DNA from: Octopus sinensis
Lineage: Eukaryota
Length of the DNA stretch: 64,000 bases
Assembly: GCF_006345805.1 (NCBI RefSeq)
Contig: NC_042998.1
Coordinates: 174,406,001 to 174,470,000 of the forward strand
Direction: 5' to 3'
The notes beneath the pieces were generated by a model that was not told the DNA's origin, made no database searches, and saw only the letters and a program-made list of their open reading frames with translations. The position numbers and the translations under genes were made by a program. Numbering within the stretch: position 1 is the first letter of the stretch; every line of letters starts with the position of its first letter. Of this stretch, positions 24,491-34,997 are shown piece by piece.

Positions 24491-25212
24491 CTAGAATTGA
24501 AAAATGCGGACGCTCAAAAAGGTTACAGAAAGTCATAATAAACATTAAAAAGTATGGGACTAGCATCGTTGCTCAAAGCTATTGGAATCACTATATATTA
24601 TATATTCTGTGGCATCTTTTCGTACATTCAGTTTTAACAAAACAATTGTGTACAAATACTAATGTCATTTTTACGCAATGATTCAATCTATGAATGATAT
24701 TTTTTTCTAAATTTACAAGTAATCAATCAAAAATAACTTAGTAATGAATTGTTATTTCGCATAACTATTCCATTAATATGAGTATCATAAAGCGAATTAT
24801 CTTTGCTTATAATTATTTCGGTTTCGTACTTTTGCTGTCATAAAGATTCGGCTTCATCATAAATCCAGTTTTTTGTTGTTGTTGCTTCCTTATTTTCATT
24901 ATCATGGTAATTTGCATGCAGTGTCAAATATGATATTTTTATACTTTGATATGAAGAGCATTATAATGAATTTAACGAAGTTAAAGATCATATTTTGTTC
25001 ATTTTCAAATATTTTATATTAAGAACTCGGTTTAATAATTATCGTGACATTGTAATTCACACATAAGCCTCTTTTCGTTTTAAGATGCCACAGAATGTAC
25101 ATACAACATACAATGATTCCAATATTCTTGTGCAGCAATGCTAGTCCCATACTTGTTAAGGCTTATTATGACATTCTGTAACCCTTCTGAGAGTGCACAT
25201 TTTTCAACTCTG
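24491..25212. mobile_element. MITE-like fold-back element with ~130-bp imperfect terminal inverted repeats
   Basis: 24491-24619 is the approximate reverse complement of 25081-25212; the right end abuts (TA)n; no coding capacity. Confidence 0.7.
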
Positions 25213-25914
25213 GTATATATATATATATAATGCATATATGAAGAAACAAGTAAAATATGTAAAAACAAATATCATGCGAAGATACACCGGTATTTGAATC
25301 ATCTATCATAATGTTTTATAGCGTTAAAGTTTAGCAATTGTTGATATATAAATCAGAATTAATAGATTATACATAATCTAGAAAATTGAACATTAGTTTG
25401 AGGAAGTTGAGTGTCATAACCAAAAAATAATATAAACATTCACATCACACGATCATTAATGTTCTTTAGACTGGTTAGATGGAGATATAATCATTTATTG
25501 AGATCGACTACCTATGTATCAATCAAGTATTAGAATTTATTGAATTGTTCTGGTAGTGCGTCTGTTAAAAATAGTTGTTACAAGAACAACATGTAGGGTA
25601 GGGGTGAATTCGTAGAACAAAATAGTTTATGGCACCGCGTTACGTTCTTTTAGCTTCCACAGAAATAATCTCAGTATGGCCAACTTAGGTTACCGTTCTT
25701 CATGGGTCAGTCAAAAATCCCAGAGAAAATACTGGGTAAATCTAATCGATTATACTCTGCATATAAAGGATGTATGTGCCTGTGTCATAACCATTAGTAT
25801 TGTTATTTCCACTAAAGGTATTGTGCCTTATGTTGAGCGCTATACTTAACAAACATACGCATACACACAAAAATAAAACCAATGGAAAATATATTTCATT
25901 AAAAAAATCATTTA

Positions 25915-26320
25915 TAGGCGTAGGAGTGGCTGTGTAGTAAGTAGCTTGCTTATCAACCACATGGTTCCGGGTTCAGGCCCACTGCGTGGCACCTTGGGTA
26001 AGTGTCTTCTACTATAGCTTCGGGCCGACCAAAGCCTTGTGAGTGGATTTGGTAGACGGAAACTGAAAGAAGCCCGTCGTATATATGTGTATATATATAT
26101 GTATGTGTATGTAAATGTTTGTGTGTCCGTGTTTGTCCCCCCAACATCGCTTGACAACCGATGCTGGTGTGTTTACGTCCCCGTAACGTAGCGGTTCAGC
26201 AAAATAGACCGATAGAATAAGTACTAGGCTTACAAAGAATAAGTCCTGGGGTCGATTTGCTCGACTAAAGGCGGTGCTCCAGCATGGCCTCAGACAAATG
26301 ACTGAAACAAGTAAAAGAGT
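25915..26320 (+). mobile_element. tRNA-derived SINE, family O
   Basis: A-box-like tggctgtgtagtaa, B-box-like ggttcaggccc, core ggcaccttgggtaagtgtcttc, tail ggcggtgctccagcatggcc...ctgaaac. Confidence 0.9.
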
Positions 26321-26671
26321 ATTTGAATAATTTATTTTAAATTTACAGTAAGTTGTTTTAAAAAAATACCATTCGATATCTAGTTTTATTTACTTCTATC
26401 GACATATATTTCTTACAAAAAAACCTGAAATAAATTGATAAAATATTTCATTTAAGAAATAACTTGTTCTTATACTTCAAAAAATTAATCGATATTAAGT
26501 TTCATTGTATTTCTGGTTCCCTATGATTACATATTTGCACCAATATTTTTCTACAAATATATCTTCCAACGTATTTGATGTTGACTAATATGTTTTCGCC
26601 CAATCTGTCTTTTGACTAATTTTTTTTCGGTCAATATGCCTTCGATGTATATACTCTCTTTACTCTCTAAT

Positions 26672-27053
26672 ATCTTACTTGTTTCATTCATGTGACTGTG
26701 GCCATGCTGGAGCACCGCCTTAAATCGAGCAACTCGACCCCGGGACTTATTCTTTTGTAAGCCCAGTACTTATTCTATCGGTCTCGTTTGCCGAACCGCT
26801 AAGAAACGGGGACATAAACACACCAGCATCGGTTGTCAAGCAATGCTAGGGAGACAATCAGAAACACACACACACGTATACATATATACGACGGGCTTCT
26901 TTCAGTTTCCGTCTACCAAATCCACTCACAAGGCTTTGGTCGTCCCGAGGCTATAGCAGAAGACACTAGCCCAAGGTGCCACGCAGTGGGACTGAACCCG
27001 GAACCATTTGGTTGGTAAACAAGCTACTTACCACACAGCCACTCCTGCGCCTA
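26672..27053 (-). mobile_element. tRNA-derived SINE, family O (inverted partner of 25915-26320)
   Basis: Reverse complement of the same family. Confidence 0.9.
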
Positions 27054-28206
27054 TGTTGACAATAAATTCATTTTTCATGAATGTGACGTATCCCCATCAT
27101 AGATATCAAAGAAAATAAAAAAAAAAATTGAAGGATTGCTTGCAGCCGACAAAAACAGAAGAAAAATACATTTTTTCTTTTCTTTTTAAATTAACGGAAT
27201 GGATTGCTTCACAGAGAGTCTCTACGCTCTATTAAATAAATATATTTTATAATAGCCTTTCAACTTTATTCAAAATCTTACTGAAATTCCAGCTAGCAGT
27301 ATTGTTTGCTGACAATATTATGGTGGTAAAATAAATCATGAAAAGCTTTCACAGAAACATTGCTTATTAAGTTTTAGCAATGTAGAGCCACATTTAATTT
27401 TTCAAAAAGCAAAAAAAGCATCGAAATACAATCCATTATTTAAAATCAGCAAAAATAAACATATTGTAAGATACCTCTCTACGTGTTCCATTCATTTATT
27501 TTGGAAATTAGGAGCGTATATATAGAATTTCATAACCAGATATCTTATTTTAGCAATTTGTATCAAATTATTGATAGAATTTTAGCGAGCGCAATATTGT
27601 AAATATCATCCCGTGATAAACTGAAAAAGATTTTTATTTTGGGCTGTTTAAAATGACTACCTATTATAGCTTTTCTGAATGAAAGAATCTAGAAATCCTA
27701 CAAATGATACAATAATAATTACGAGCATAATTATGAAAGCTTAAAACTTGTCACAACCCATACATCGTCATTTCAATCTAATGATGTTCTAAATATGATA
27801 TACAAACGTTTCACAAATTAAAGAAACCGTACAACAAAAGAACTAATATTTATTTCTAAGAGTATATTTTTTTTTCATGTTCCATACAAACCATACTTCC
27901 TGCAGCATGTCTCTCACTTCGGACTTCATTGATTATTTCCCCGAGGAAAGCTATGAGAGTGCTGTTGATGTTAATAGTAGAGGTAATTATAGTGGTGCTA
28001 TGGTGAGTGTGGAAATGACAGAAATTATAGTGATAGATGTTACTTTGGCAAACATAGAGATAGGAATGCCCGAGGCGTTAATGCAAGTACGGTGATGCTG
28101 CAGATAGAAATAAACAATGTCAGTGACATTTTTAGTAGTGAATATGGATTAAATATAGAGGCGAAATGACGTTAGCTACCGCTGACAATGATATGTCGGT
28201 AGGATA

Positions 28207-29031
28207 AAGGCGGTGGGCTGGCAGAAATGTTAGCACGCCGTGCGAAATGCGTAGCCGTATTTCGTCTATCGCTACGTTCTGAGTTCAAATTCCGCCGAGG
28301 TCAACTTTGCCTTTCATCCTTTCGGGGTCGATTAAATAAGTACCAGTTACGCACTGGGGTCGATATAATCGACTTAATCCGTTTGTCTGTCCTTGTTTGT
28401 CCTCTCTGTGTTTAGCCCCTTGTGGTAGTAAAGAAATAGGTATTTCGTCTGCTGTTACGTTCTGAGTTCAAATTCCGCCGATGTCCACTTTGCCTTTCAT
28501 CCTTTCGGGGTCGATAAATTAAGTACCAGTTACACACCGGAGTCGATGTATCGACTTAGTCCGTTTGTTTGTCCTCTCTGTGTTTAGCCCCTTGTGGGTA
28601 GTAAAGAAATAGGTATTTCGTCTGCCGTTACGTTCTAAGGCGGCGAGCTGGCAGAAACGTTAGCACGCCGGACGAAATGCGTAGCCGTATTTCATCTCTC
28701 GTTACGTTCTGAGTTCAAATTCCGCCGAGGTCGACTTTGCCTTTCATCCTTTTGGTGTCGATTAAATAAGTACCAGTTACGCACTGGGGTCGATGTAATC
28801 GACTTAATACCTGTCTGTCCTTGTTTGTCCCCTCTATGTTTAGCCCCTTGTGGGTAATAAAGAAATAGGTATTTCACCTGTCGCTACCTTCTGAGTTCAT
28901 ATTTCACCGGAGTCGACTTTGCTTTTCATCCTTTTGGGGTCTATGAAATAAGTATTAGTGAAACGCTGGGGTTGATGTAATTGACTAGTCCCCTCCCCTA
29001 AATTACAGGCCTTGTGCCCATTGTAGAAAGG
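28207..29031 (+). mobile_element. Tandem array of family M SINE units
   Basis: Repeated B-box/core units with a type-2 tail (gtttagccccttgtgggt..taaagaaata); the array ends with a diverged type-1 tail. Confidence 0.9.
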
Positions 29032-29730
29032 GCTTGTCGGTAGGATAACGATGGGTGGAGGTGTCAGTTAATGTCGGGAATAACATTAATTTAGAAAGAG
29101 CTGCCATTACCAATAACAGTAGAAGTTATATATTATTTCACCTTTACAGTTGTCACATATACAGATGTATAATAAAATTATCAAAATGCGATAACCATGA
29201 GATAACGTGGTGTGATATCCAGTGTAAAAGTTGTTTAGTGCCAGGTCAGCCCTGTCCGTGTAATCATATGATCAAGGGCATTCCGGTCGCGGGGATTGGA
29301 TGCTTTTCCTATGTGCAAGAAACCCAAGACAACTTTATCCAACATGCCCTTTTCTAAGACAGTGATGTGTGAGTTGAAGGAGATTTGGTTTCTATTTCTA
29401 GCAGGCCAAGCGATCACGTAGGGAGTACTTCATTGGCTCAGATATAGTTCAGCGTATTGCAGAGATGTTGTGTGGCAATTTAGGGGTTTTTTTCATTACA
29501 ATATTACGGAAAATAATCGTAATAAATTCCATACGTACTAACGTTACACTGTAATAAATTCAGTTCATACTAATGTTATGGGTGAAGTAAAATAGAACGG
29601 TATAATGTAGTGTAGACACTGAATTTAAGCTGTATAAATATTTATAATATTTTTGCGTTTTAGTCAGAAGAGATGATGCAGCAGCCATTGGTTATGTAAG
29701 ATTCCCGAAATTATAAGTTAGATGAGGTGC

Positions 29731-30035
29731 TGTAGTGAGTGTGCGATTTGAATATAGAGGCACCTACCTTCTCTTCGTAGTGACGGAGATCCTCCAGAGA
29801 TGACTAGTCATTCCTCACAGCCCCGACCCGAACACTAACGATAGCAGCTGCTAGCCCAAACCCTTAGCGACGTCCTCGCACGTCTTGTCACCTCCACGAC
29901 CCACGTTGGAAAAGTCAATTTGCGCTCCCTGCGCACGCTTGACAGCTGACCCCTTCCGCTTGCCCCAGCTTCCGGTCAACGCACCCCGCTGCTGATGTCC
30001 GGCTGCTGACGTCCAGCTGCTGACGTCATCCCACA
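29731..30035 (-). repeat. 3' LTR (305 bp)
   Basis: Nearly identical to 33633-33923, plus one extra 14-bp unit. Confidence 0.97.
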
Positions 30036-30048
30036 CGCCACCCTGATC

Positions 30049-31495
30049 TTAAAGATCACAATCTCTCCGCTCCATGTTGTAGTCTACCATCCAACCGGGA
30101 GAGCGCCTTGCTCGTCGAGATCTTCTCAAGCTGGGCTCCTCATTCTCCCCCTCTCCCGAATCATCGTCCGTCGAAGCAACAATCCTGCGAAGGTCCAAGA
30201 TGTGTCGTGGTGTGCCATCTACGGATACGTTGCTTCTGGAATTGATCGCCGTCACCGTTCCTCTGCTCCATTGAGACGTGGCTTGACCATTGAGACGTGG
30301 CTTGACCCAGACTTCCTCCCCTATTTTCACGCGAACGGGTCCCTTCTCTTCCTCGTGACCCTCCGGCGCTTTGCTCGGGTGCCTCCATTCATATTTGAAC
30401 ACGGCTCTCTGCGGCACAGATTCCTCAGCTTGTCCGGATCGGGGAGACAAGTTGTACCAAAAAACTGCTTCAAGCGGCGAAATGTGCCCTCTTTCCGCTA
30501 TGGCCTTGACTGTCCAATGGTGCCTCTCCACGATCCCGTTACCGCCCGGCCTATACGCTGCTCTGAACAAGCGTCGCACGTTCCACCGATCAAGCATAAC
30601 CCTCAATGCTTCCGAACGAAACGCCGCCCCGTTGTCCATCAGTAGATCTTCCACGGGACCTCTCTCTAAAAATATCCCGTTCAGGATCTGCACGATCTCG
30701 TCAGCAATGCCCGATCTCAACTCCCTCCAAATGGCCAGCCGGCCCGGCCCACAGTCGACCATGGAGAGGTACATTCGCTGACGGTAGTGTGTCACATCCA
30801 CAGCTAGCCTTTTCCAGTTCTGCTCCACGGAAAGGCTTCCCTGTTCATGCCCACACGGAGCAGGGTCGATGGACTGACACCTGTCGCAGCTCCCGACCAC
30901 CTTCCGGACGCTTCTCCTGGTGACGTCAGCATCAATTTTTTTTGCCAGATACAGGGTCCTGTCCACACCCAGGTGATGCATAGCGTGCAGTTTCTTCAGT
31001 TCAGAGTCATCCAACCGACACGCCGCAGCTATCCCTTTCCGGGCCTCCTCCGGTTCTTCCAACCACGCTCTTTTCACCCTGGTCAGTACGTCCGCCTTGT
31101 TTTTCTCCGAAGGCACGAAAACCACGTTCAGCTTCAGTCCGAATTCGGCGATCAATTCACCTAGAACTCCTAGACGGCGCTTCACTAACATCTCCGCAGC
31201 ACCTTTCGTCCGCACTCTCCTGTCACCGGTGATCACCGATCCTACCCAGCCAAGCACAGTGGCCGAATCCGTCCGCATTTCAATCGAGCGCAACCCCCAT
31301 TTCAAGGCCAAGTTCACCCCTTTCAGCAGCGCGTCTAATTCGGCGACATTGATGTGGTTGAAATCGTCTGCTTTCCGAAGCCAGGCCGCGTCCTCCACCG
31401 CAGTGCCTTCGATTGCCAACACCACCCCTATCGCTATACTGCTAGCATCACACCAGACGGTCCCGCATTTCGTCTTGGGCACGTACCAGTTCCCC
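30049..31495 (-). CDS. pol: Pol C-terminal part: RNase H + integrase
   Basis: RNase H D-E-D (WCDASS, HINVAELDA, RTDS, NKADVL); HHCC finger (HAMHH...CDRC); catalytic AVDVT, MDNG and VERH with exactly 35 residues between D and E. Confidence 0.92.
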
Positions 31496-32921
31496 TGACC
31501 GGGTCTTCCGCTCTTGTCCTCTCTAGGATCTCCTGCATCATCGCCACCGTCCCTTCTCCCACCTTGTCGCCCCACCTCTCTCCTTCTGCTCGTCTCTTGG
31601 TGTAACTACACGCCGTGCGCAGCCATCCAGCGATCGGGTAGTGACCGACCAACTTCCCACACACCGAGAACAGCTCTCTCCTGCTGACGCTGGAACTCAG
31701 CTCTGGGATTTCATTTCCTCTCCGGAACACCAATTCACCTGATCCATCTCTTCGCAGCTTCAGCCCCAGCGCGGCTCCCCCTTCAATCGACTCCGGTGGC
31801 TTAGCAATCAGTCCGAACTTCTCCAGATGTCTAACTACCTCGTCGGCTGGCACTACAGTTTCGTCCACCAAAATGTCGTCAATGTAGGAGCTGGTGGCCT
31901 TTCTAATCTTGCTGTCTTTCCCTAGGACGGACCTAAGCACTGCCGCCATGATCTTCGGAGCGGAATTCAGCCCGAAACCCATCCTGGTTAGACAGTACGT
32001 CCGGCCCTTGTACCGCACCAGCTGATATCGCCATAGTTTGTCGCTCACATGGAGCTGCAAGTATGCCGATCTCAAGTCGACAATCGTCGCTGCCTCAGTC
32101 GACTGTCTCCACTTACGTAATGCCTCACCACAAACGTCTGTCGCCTCACCTCCCGTGTGACACGATATGTGCTGGTTTAGCTCCCTGAAGTCCAGCACCG
32201 GTCTGACTTTTCCCTTCGTAGGCTGCACCACCGCCATCAGGGGTAGCACTCCGCCCGCTACCTCCTCCTTCCAAGGGACAAGGACCCCTTCCTCGATCCA
32301 CCTCTCCACCTCGTCTTCAAACTCAACCCTGGCGTGGCTTTTCAGGGTATGCTGGTAACAGCTCACCCTGTTCTCCAGTGTCGGGGGCTCGTCCTTCCAT
32401 TTCCACTCTATCGTCCACCGCTGACCATCGAACGCCGCCTGAAAGTCTTTGTCCTCGATAGTGTAAGCGGCGCAGTCCCTCGCGGGGCTCTGCTCCCTCT
32501 GGCGATCCTGACTCGCAGTGCACGACGCCCCCACGCTTCCGAACGTGACCTCATTTCCCACAACACTGACGCCACCGAGGCAGTTGATGGCGTCCATCCC
32601 CATCACCACATCAACTCCATTTATCACGCGTTCAGCCACAATTGCCTGTAGCCTTAGCGTCGCGCGGCGCACCACTATCTCTACCTTGCTGCTGCCTCTG
32701 CAACGGATTTCGCTGCCGTCGACCGCCCGGACACTACACACCCCGTTCCATTCCTTCGTCACCCTCGAAGTCACCAGGGAGGTCGTACAGCCCGTATCCA
32801 CAAGGGCCTTGAACGTCTCCCCCTCGGCCTCCACGTCAATCAATGGCAGCGTCTCCAATAGCGCCTCTACTCGTTTGAGGGGAAAGTTCGAGAGGCAGCA
32901 ACTTCCCCGCGGTCGTTTCCC
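31492..32921 (-). CDS. pol: Pol N-terminal part: aspartic protease + reverse transcriptase
   Basis: LVDTG protease motif; RT motifs VLDFRELN, DLRSAYLQ, RMGFGLNSAP, YIDD. Joined to the RH-IN part by a 1-bp frameshift in a G run near 31492-31495. Confidence 0.92.
32915..32921 (-). promoter_or_regulatory. Putative -1 ribosomal frameshift slippery site G GGA AAC (gag-pol)
   Basis: X XXY YYZ heptamer in the gag frame; the -1 frame opens into the protease ORF. The overlapping TAG is probably a CAG>TAG mutation (inference). Confidence 0.65.
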
Positions 32922-33587
32922 TAGCCGCAATCACGGGCAATGTGCCCTGTCTGCCTGCATCGATAGCAAACGGGCCCCGGCTGCGTACAGTCCCGCGCCA
33001 TGTGCGGTCCCTGGCATCTAAAACACCGTCCTGAGAACGGCCGCTCTCGTTGCACGGTGAGCTTCTGTACCTCTTTCTCGGGACGTCGTCCGTCTTTACG
33101 CGCCTCCGTCACCGCCATCGCTATCGCGCGAGCATGAGTTTATGTTCGCTCAATGGCATCTTTTTAACCCCGGGCAGTCGTTGTAGGTGAATCCCTACAT
33201 CGTCGGGGAACCCATTCACGAACGCCAGTCGGGCTGCTCTCTCCAGTCCTTCTCCGGCAAACCCGGCCAGAGTCGCTAGACTTCTAGCTTCTGATGCAAA
33301 ATCGTCCACCTGATTGCACCTAGCTTAGCGAAAGCTGTGTACTCGCATTCCGTGTATGCGTCACACAAGCGTCGCTCTATATTCTCATCGCTGAGCCGCT
33401 CCTCTTCATCCATCTCTAGGTAAAGCGACAACGCACTCCCTTCCAAATACAGCGCCATAAGACTCGCCACGTCGCTTATGCCCTGCAGTCTCGCCACCAG
33501 CCTGATTTTGCGAATCCAGGCCACTACATCGCCTTCGCCGTTAAAAGGTCTGACGACGTCACTGGCGATCCTAATTTTTGTAGACAT
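32921..33587 (-). pseudogene. gag: gag (two frameshifts, two zinc knuckles)
   Basis: MSTKIRIASDVVRPFNGEGDVVAW... then DDFASEARSLATLAGF... then CFRCQGPHMARDC and CYRCRQTGHIARDC. Confidence 0.85.
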
Positions 33588-33620
33588 CGTGTTGAAAAAA
33601 AATGTGAATGTTTACGAACT

Positions 33621-33632
33621 GCCGAAATAGCT
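33621..33632 (-). promoter_or_regulatory. Non-canonical primer-binding site complementary to tRNA-Phe nt 1-12
   Basis: Element-sense AGCTATTTCGGC abuts the 5' LTR; its complement GCCGAAATAGCT equals the 5' end of metazoan tRNA-Phe(GAA) as I recall it. Confidence 0.7.
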
Positions 33633-33923
33633 TGTAGTGAGTGTGCGATTTGAATATAGAGGCACCTACCTTCTCTTCGTAGTGACGGAGATCCTCCAGA
33701 GATGACTAGTCATTCCTCACAGCCCCGACCCGAACACTAACGATAGCAGCTGCTAGCCCAAACCCTTAGCGACGTCCTCGCACGTCTTGTCACCTCCACG
33801 ACCCACGTTGGAAAGGTCAATTTGCGCTCCCTGCGCACGCTTGACAGCTGACCCCTTCCGCTTGCCCCAGCTTCCGGTCAACGCACCCCGCTGCTGACGT
33901 CCGGCTGCTGATGTCATCCCACA
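33633..33923 (-). repeat. 5' LTR (291 bp)
   Basis: See 3' LTR. Confidence 0.97.
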
Positions 33924-34997
33924 GGTGCATGTTTAACTTGGGTCTTTGGAAGTCGACAATGACGTAACATTTATGTAATTGGTCGATTTGATTGAATTAG
34001 CAACCAAATCTCCCTCAAAACACACAGGGGATAATTCATTAGATACATGCTCCTGCATAAACTATGCCTGACAAAAAAAAGATGAGATGAGATGATCTGG
34101 AACACCTCTGGTGATAGATCTGCTCAATTTGAGTTGATTTGGGGTTAAGCAATTACAACTAAAAGAGACTATGTGATTGCTTGACCAGTTAGAAATAGCA
34201 GCCAAATTCTCCTCAAATCACACGCTACAGTCTTAAATTTAAAATGGCACACTGGACAAAGCTAATAGACCAAAAGCAAAACACTGGGTGGCCACTGCTT
34301 GGAGCGGCATAGATCACGTAGGCTCAAAGCATTATCTGGGACTAAACAGCAATAATAATAAAGGTGGATAGCACAGTTATTAGAGGTGGCTTTGTGGTAT
34401 ATGTTCTGACACTTTGCGCTATGATTTCAAATTCTGTAGAGGCCAGCTCTACCTTTTATCCTTTCAGAGTCTATAAAAATATATCAAACAAGGGCAACGC
34501 ATTAGCAGAACTGTCAGAAGGTTGGGCAAGATGTTTTGTGATATCTTTACTGGGGCCCCTTGCGTTCTTACAGCAATGTCCTCGACGTCACTGATGCCAA
34601 TCTGTATCGAGCCGAGTCGATGGCCTTCACCTTGAATAAACATCGGTAGCATGTAGACGGGCAACTACCAATCATCTTCAAACAATCTGGTCCAGACTTG
34701 CGCTAATATGTATAGATGCATGGTCATCTTTGAACGTTGTAGGCCCTGTATGGGAGGATGAAATTCGTTGGGATGGCAGCTTAGTATAGATTGCTTGAGC
34801 ACTGAGATTGATGAGAAGTAAAGTAGCTTGTGCAAACACACATACACATACACACACACACATACACAAATATTGTAGACATTATTTTAGTGTAGTAAAC
34901 ATCCACAAAGCATAAATTGACACACATAGAACCGCTCACATGTGTCGTACAATGCTGGTGTTGCACACAAAGGCTCGCTGACAACAAAGTAAAGAAG

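Larger units (their letters stand above)
29731..33923 (-). mobile_element. Complete compact Ty3/Gypsy-order LTR retrotransposon (4193 bp)
   Basis: TG...CA LTRs at 33633-33923 (5') and 29731-30035 (3'); 5-bp TSD GGTGC at 29726-29730 and 33924-33928; domain order gag-PR-RT-RH-IN. Confidence 0.97.

Noticed and set aside
25915-26000. SINE heads as tRNA genes
   Set aside because: A/B boxes are present, but there is no full cloverleaf and they continue into SINE bodies.
30202-33021. Plus-strand ORFs over the LTR element
   Set aside because: Antisense shadows of GC-rich gag/pol.
33600-33923. Tf1-style self-priming of the LTR element
   Set aside because: I found no LTR segment complementary to the PBS; the tRNA-Phe 5' match explains it better.
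29726-33928. Classifying the LTR element as DIRS
   Set aside because: It has direct TG...CA LTRs, a 5-bp TSD, a protease and a DDE integrase, with no tyrosine recombinase.
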